Positions 60,278 to 64,000 of a stretch of DNA of 64,000 nt are shown here, piece by piece. Location: the NCBI GenBank assembly GCA_965645245.1, contig OZ287081.1, positions 1,488,001-1,552,000 on the forward strand. Reading direction: 5' to 3'. A model generated the notes under the pieces. The model did no database searches. It saw nothing but the letters and a program-made list of their open reading frames with translations, and was not told the origin of the DNA. Each line of letters starts with the position of its first letter. The first letter of the stretch is position 1. The stretch is from Massalongia carnosa. Taxonomy: Eukaryota. The position numbers and the translations under genes were made by a program.

Positions 60278-61585
60278 ATGACGCCGATCAAAGTTCGCGG
60301 GAAGAGGAGTCGGAAACAAGATCTCAAGTTAAGTGATTCCAGTCCGCCTGTGTCTTCATCGAAGCTATCATCCTCTTTGCCACCTTCGAGACGTCCCACC
60401 AAGCACTATACGTCCATGTCAGATTCCATTTCCGTGTTCAGGAGGTCCAGAACCACCGCTAACGAACGCTCGCCTCTGCGGGCGCTTGCATCTCTCGAAC
60501 GCCTGCCCATAGAATTGCTGGAAATCATATTTTTTCAATGCCTCAACGTCAACCTCCCCCAAGCCTCCCTAACTCTAGCGGCCGCTCTATCGTCTTTTCA
60601 TGTCAAGGCTCGGCTTCTCACAAAGGTGTTCTCCTCCTACGGATCTCTTGAGACGCGGTGTAAAAAATCGCTGCTGCATGACAATGAGTTGCGCGGCCTT
60701 GTAGGTGGCTTGCCAGAAGTAGCAAAACTACAAAGTAACATCTTAAAGTCCAGATGGTTCACGTTGGATTTCTTACAGCAATGTATACCCATTTACCTGC
60801 AGAATACGATATTGCGGAATTGCAAGACTTTGCGTTTGGTGTCGGCCAATGGTGTAGCTGGAGAAGTCCTGACCAAGGCCACATTTGCACACTGGATGCG
60901 ATCTGCGTCTGAGCAGCATCACATGGATGACCCGGGCGGACTGAGTGGCGATATATCTGGGTACGTTTATTCTAAGTATACCAAATTTCCTGTGCTTATG
61001 GTCGTGGGCTCTCGGGATGGGTCGATATGCCTGCGAGGAAGCGGTATATTGACATCGTACACACTGCTTCACTGTCTAGACGGGTGCTGGCTCCCGGAGA
61101 AGTTACTGCGCGGACCTTGGACGGAGGCAAAATGCGAGTTTTTGATGCTATTGCTCCGTAGCGGTGCCAAGATCGATTGGATTGACAGCACGGCCGGCGA
61201 GGTCGCCGAGTTGGGACTTCAAGATGCCATTCAGGAGCGCAACGCCAAGGCGGTGGAAATCTTAATTGCCAAATACAAACTACTTCCCATAGAGCTCTAT
61301 GACGGCGATCCCACATGCGGCCATGTGTCTGGTTCTCTTCGAGCAGTCGACCCTGTGGTTTCGGTCGGGATAAACCCCACCACCGAGCATTTGCGAAAAG
61401 CAACCGCCAAGCACAACTGCCAGCTGGAGATACTGGCGTTGATCGATGCGGACGGGAATCTGACGAGGAACAACTTCGATCCCGTTCTTGTAACGTGGGC
61501 ACTTGCCAGGAAAATCGAAGGCGATAAGCGGGGGCAATGGCTGCTTGACAGGATGAAGAACGAGCATCACGCAAGCTTCTACTAG
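60278..61585 (+). CDS. Hypothetical protein with an F-box-like N-terminal motif
   Basis: ORF of ~435 aa from ATG 60278. It contains LERLPIELLEIIFFQCLNVNLPQAS and a later LPEKLLRGPWTEAKCEFL. Confidence 0.75.
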   Translation: MTPIKVRGKRSRKQDLKLSDSSPPVSSSKLSSSLPPSRRPTKHYTSMSDSISVFRRSRTTANERSPLRALASLERLPIELLEIIFFQCLNVNLPQASLTLAAALSSFHVKARLLTKVFSSYGSLETRCKKSLLHDNELRGLVGGLPEVAKLQSNILKSRWFTLDFLQQCIPIYLQNTILRNCKTLRLVSANGVAGEVLTKATFAHWMRSASEQHHMDDPGGLSGDISGYVYSKYTKFPVLMVVGSRDGSICLRGSGILTSYTLLHCLDGCWLPEKLLRGPWTEAKCEFLMLLLRSGAKIDWIDSTAGEVAELGLQDAIQERNAKAVEILIAKYKLLPIELYDGDPTCGHVSGSLRAVDPVVSVGINPTTEHLRKATAKHNCQLEILALIDADGNLTRNNFDPVLVTWALARKIEGDKRGQWLLDRMKNEHHASFY

Positions 61586-64000
61586 TCGCCTTATACTTAC
61601 TACGATATCACCTGTTTTCTTCAAAAAGCCACGCTCGTCTTGGAGTTTCTAGAGGCATCCAAAACATCAATTTCCTCATTGCCACTTTACCTAATCCCCA
61701 AGTGATACAGATCGCCACTCAAACCGCTCGATATCTCGACATATCTTCACCAAGAAATGGGGGAAACTCGTCCCCGTCACCTGAACAAGCCCTACCTCGA
61801 GCTTCCGTCGTCCACAAAGTGACTAGCTATTCAATTCGCTTTCAGGTCTCCACACTCTTCTCCATGAATTAGATAGAATCAGAGTCTCCGATCTTGAACA
61901 AGCTTCCAGTGGACGATCTACAGATGCCGATTTGAAATCTTCTCCCCCGCACTCACCGTCTTCGTAAATCCACCTTTCCAGAAATCTCCGCTCCCTTTCC
62001 CTCCAGTACCCCCCCAAAATCCCTCTTTCCTTCCGACCGAGAAAAATAGAACCGTTACTTCCTTTCCGCCTGGACTAGCTGCGATTCTTTCCATTTTCGG
62101 CTCCTGCCCAGGGGAAATGGGGGGCAGGTTTCAATAAAACTCGGCATGTAGATACTGTAAATAACCTATCTTCTCTTTATCTATTTTATCTTTCTACCCG
62201 GCTAATTACTCTAAGCCCAACCCCCCCCCCCCCCCTTAAAAACCAAGTACACCCCAAACTCCGATTTGATGTTCTCTTCCCTCAAATCCATTCAAGGAAC
62301 TACAACAACCCCCATTTCTTTCACTCATTCGCTCACTGCATACCTCAACACTCATCCCCCCATCCCAATATAATCCCAGAATGCCTATCTATCAATCATC
62401 CAACCCAACGCTAAGGTTTTAATTTAGTTAAATTGAATCTAGCCCAGAGAGCCACTGACTAGTTTAAACCTCCTGGGAAAAGAAAAGAAAAAACGGATCA
62501 ATTCGTTTAGTTGGCGTCGTTCGCAGTCGGCTGTTGTCTTGACGTCGTCGTCGTCGTCGTCGTCATCACCACTCAGAGAGTTTACGTTAAGCAGGATGAG
62601 GAAACGGGAAACGCGGATCGCGAAGGCACGATTTAGTGGTAATAATAATAATAACAATAATGAACAGGGAGGAGGGGGGGTGGGTGGAGCGAGAACCTTG
62701 GAAAAGGAGATAATGAAAGAGGGAACGAAAGGGGGCTGAGAGGATGATGATGAATATTTAGTTAAGTTACGCATCGAGAGAGACAGAGAAAAATAAAAAA
62801 ATAGGGGGGGGGGTAGTTTTGGATATCAAAGTATAGTTTTTGCATTTCCTATCTAATTATCTGTTTGCCTACCTATGTAATCTTTCGAACGGAACGGAAC
62901 GCAAATGTAACCCACCTAAACTAGTCAATACGATTTTGACTATAAGAAAAACCGCTTCTTCGTCGAGTTTGTTTAGTGTATTGATTCGTTCCCGAGCTGA
63001 GAGGAGCTTTGAACATGGGGGAATTGTTGATGATGATAACGTTGAGAGAAAGGGTTTAGCAACTGGCGAAATGGACGGAGATGAATGATTGGATAGGGGA
63101 AAGGGGGAGGGGAGAAGGATGGAGGAGGTGGGAAGGTAAGGGAAACAGAGATGAAGATGAAGAAGGAAGAGGAAAAGAGAAGGTGAAGAAACCAAAAACG
63201 TAAAAGACCCAACTCGACAAATAGCTTAGTACATATCAAGAGGAAATGACTGCCCCCGCTAATAAAAATAAAAAATTCAATTAATGGACAAAAGATGCAA
63301 TGTAAAATCTTAACCAACTTCAATAGATTTCACCGAGACCAGGGGGTTTGACGATATGGTATGATATGTAGGAAGGCCTGGATGGAAAGGATAGAATGGG
63401 GTTGGGGGTTGGTGGTGGAGGGCTATTCGGAAGAAAGGAGACAAGGAAAAACCCCGAATTGATGAATGATTGACGTGGTCACGGGAGCAAAATGTAATTC
63501 GTGGGTTAGGTAAAGAATGTTTAGTATTGGGGGTTTTTTATGTCTTTGAAGCTGCAGCTGAAGCTAGCCAATGACGAGACACCGTAGTTAGGAGTTATGA
63601 GTTTGAGTTTGATGACCTTGAGCTGCGGATAGGGGACCTAAGTCAACCTACGCTAGGTTTCCAACCACCATAGCTCTGGTTTCCTCGGTAGCCATCTAGT
63701 TCTGAAATCTTCGAAAAGGCGGTTGCCAAGATAAGAAGCTGCCCGATTGTGTAGATTCGCGAGCGGACGAGACGAGAGTTGAGATGAAAAGCGTAATGAT
63801 CATGACTAAATGTCGTGAAGAGTTTTTTTGGATATTGCAGTAGAGTCTAACGGGTGACGTATCTGGAGTATATGTACTAGCTGAAGATATCACGTCAAAA
63901 ATCAGTGAACTATCCGGTGAGTCGAGCATGGTTGGATGACACTATGGAAAACGGGAGGTCATTGGTTGCCATCGGCGTTGCTTATGGCATCCTACTAGCA

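Noticed and set aside
61800..64000. Short ORFs in the low-complexity right end
   Set aside because: They derive from poly-C/G, (TCG)n, (AAT)n and purine-rich tracts and show no coding signature.
1..64000. CRISPR arrays, rRNA/tRNA genes, telomerase RNA template, Starship or retroelement genes
   Set aside because: By eye I saw no repeat-spacer array, cloverleaf, TAACCCTAA template, tyrosine-recombinase or reverse-transcriptase motif. Small RNAs could have been missed without a covariance-model search.

Overview
This 64-kb window is gene-dense nuclear DNA from a filamentous ascomycete (Pezizomycotina-type short GT-AG introns with CTRAC/CTAAT branch points). It holds about 18 host genes: Hrd3/Sel1, WASP/Las17, Mrs2/Lpe10, an FLC/TRP-like channel, a Clr5-domain protein, Sfr1/Mei5, RTA1, a LaeA-like methyltransferase, eIF1A, Rad1/XPF, an Msc7-like ALDH, a Bet v1-like protein, a Cys-rich secreted protein and several hypotheticals. 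About 14 kb (~22%) is DNA transposon, in three clusters. Six are TA-flanked pogo/Fot1 (DD35D) elements from four lineages; three have intact or near-intact transposases and one of these has an intron. Two are copies of an unclassified non-coding element ('A') with TTGCC termini, 8-bp target-site duplications and covarying subterminal hairpins. Copy A1 contains a three-level nest (C inside B inside A). Both A copies lie next to a long-TIR pogo element of one lineage, inside a divergent promoter. All calls come from reading the sequence and recalling family motifs; no database searches were run.
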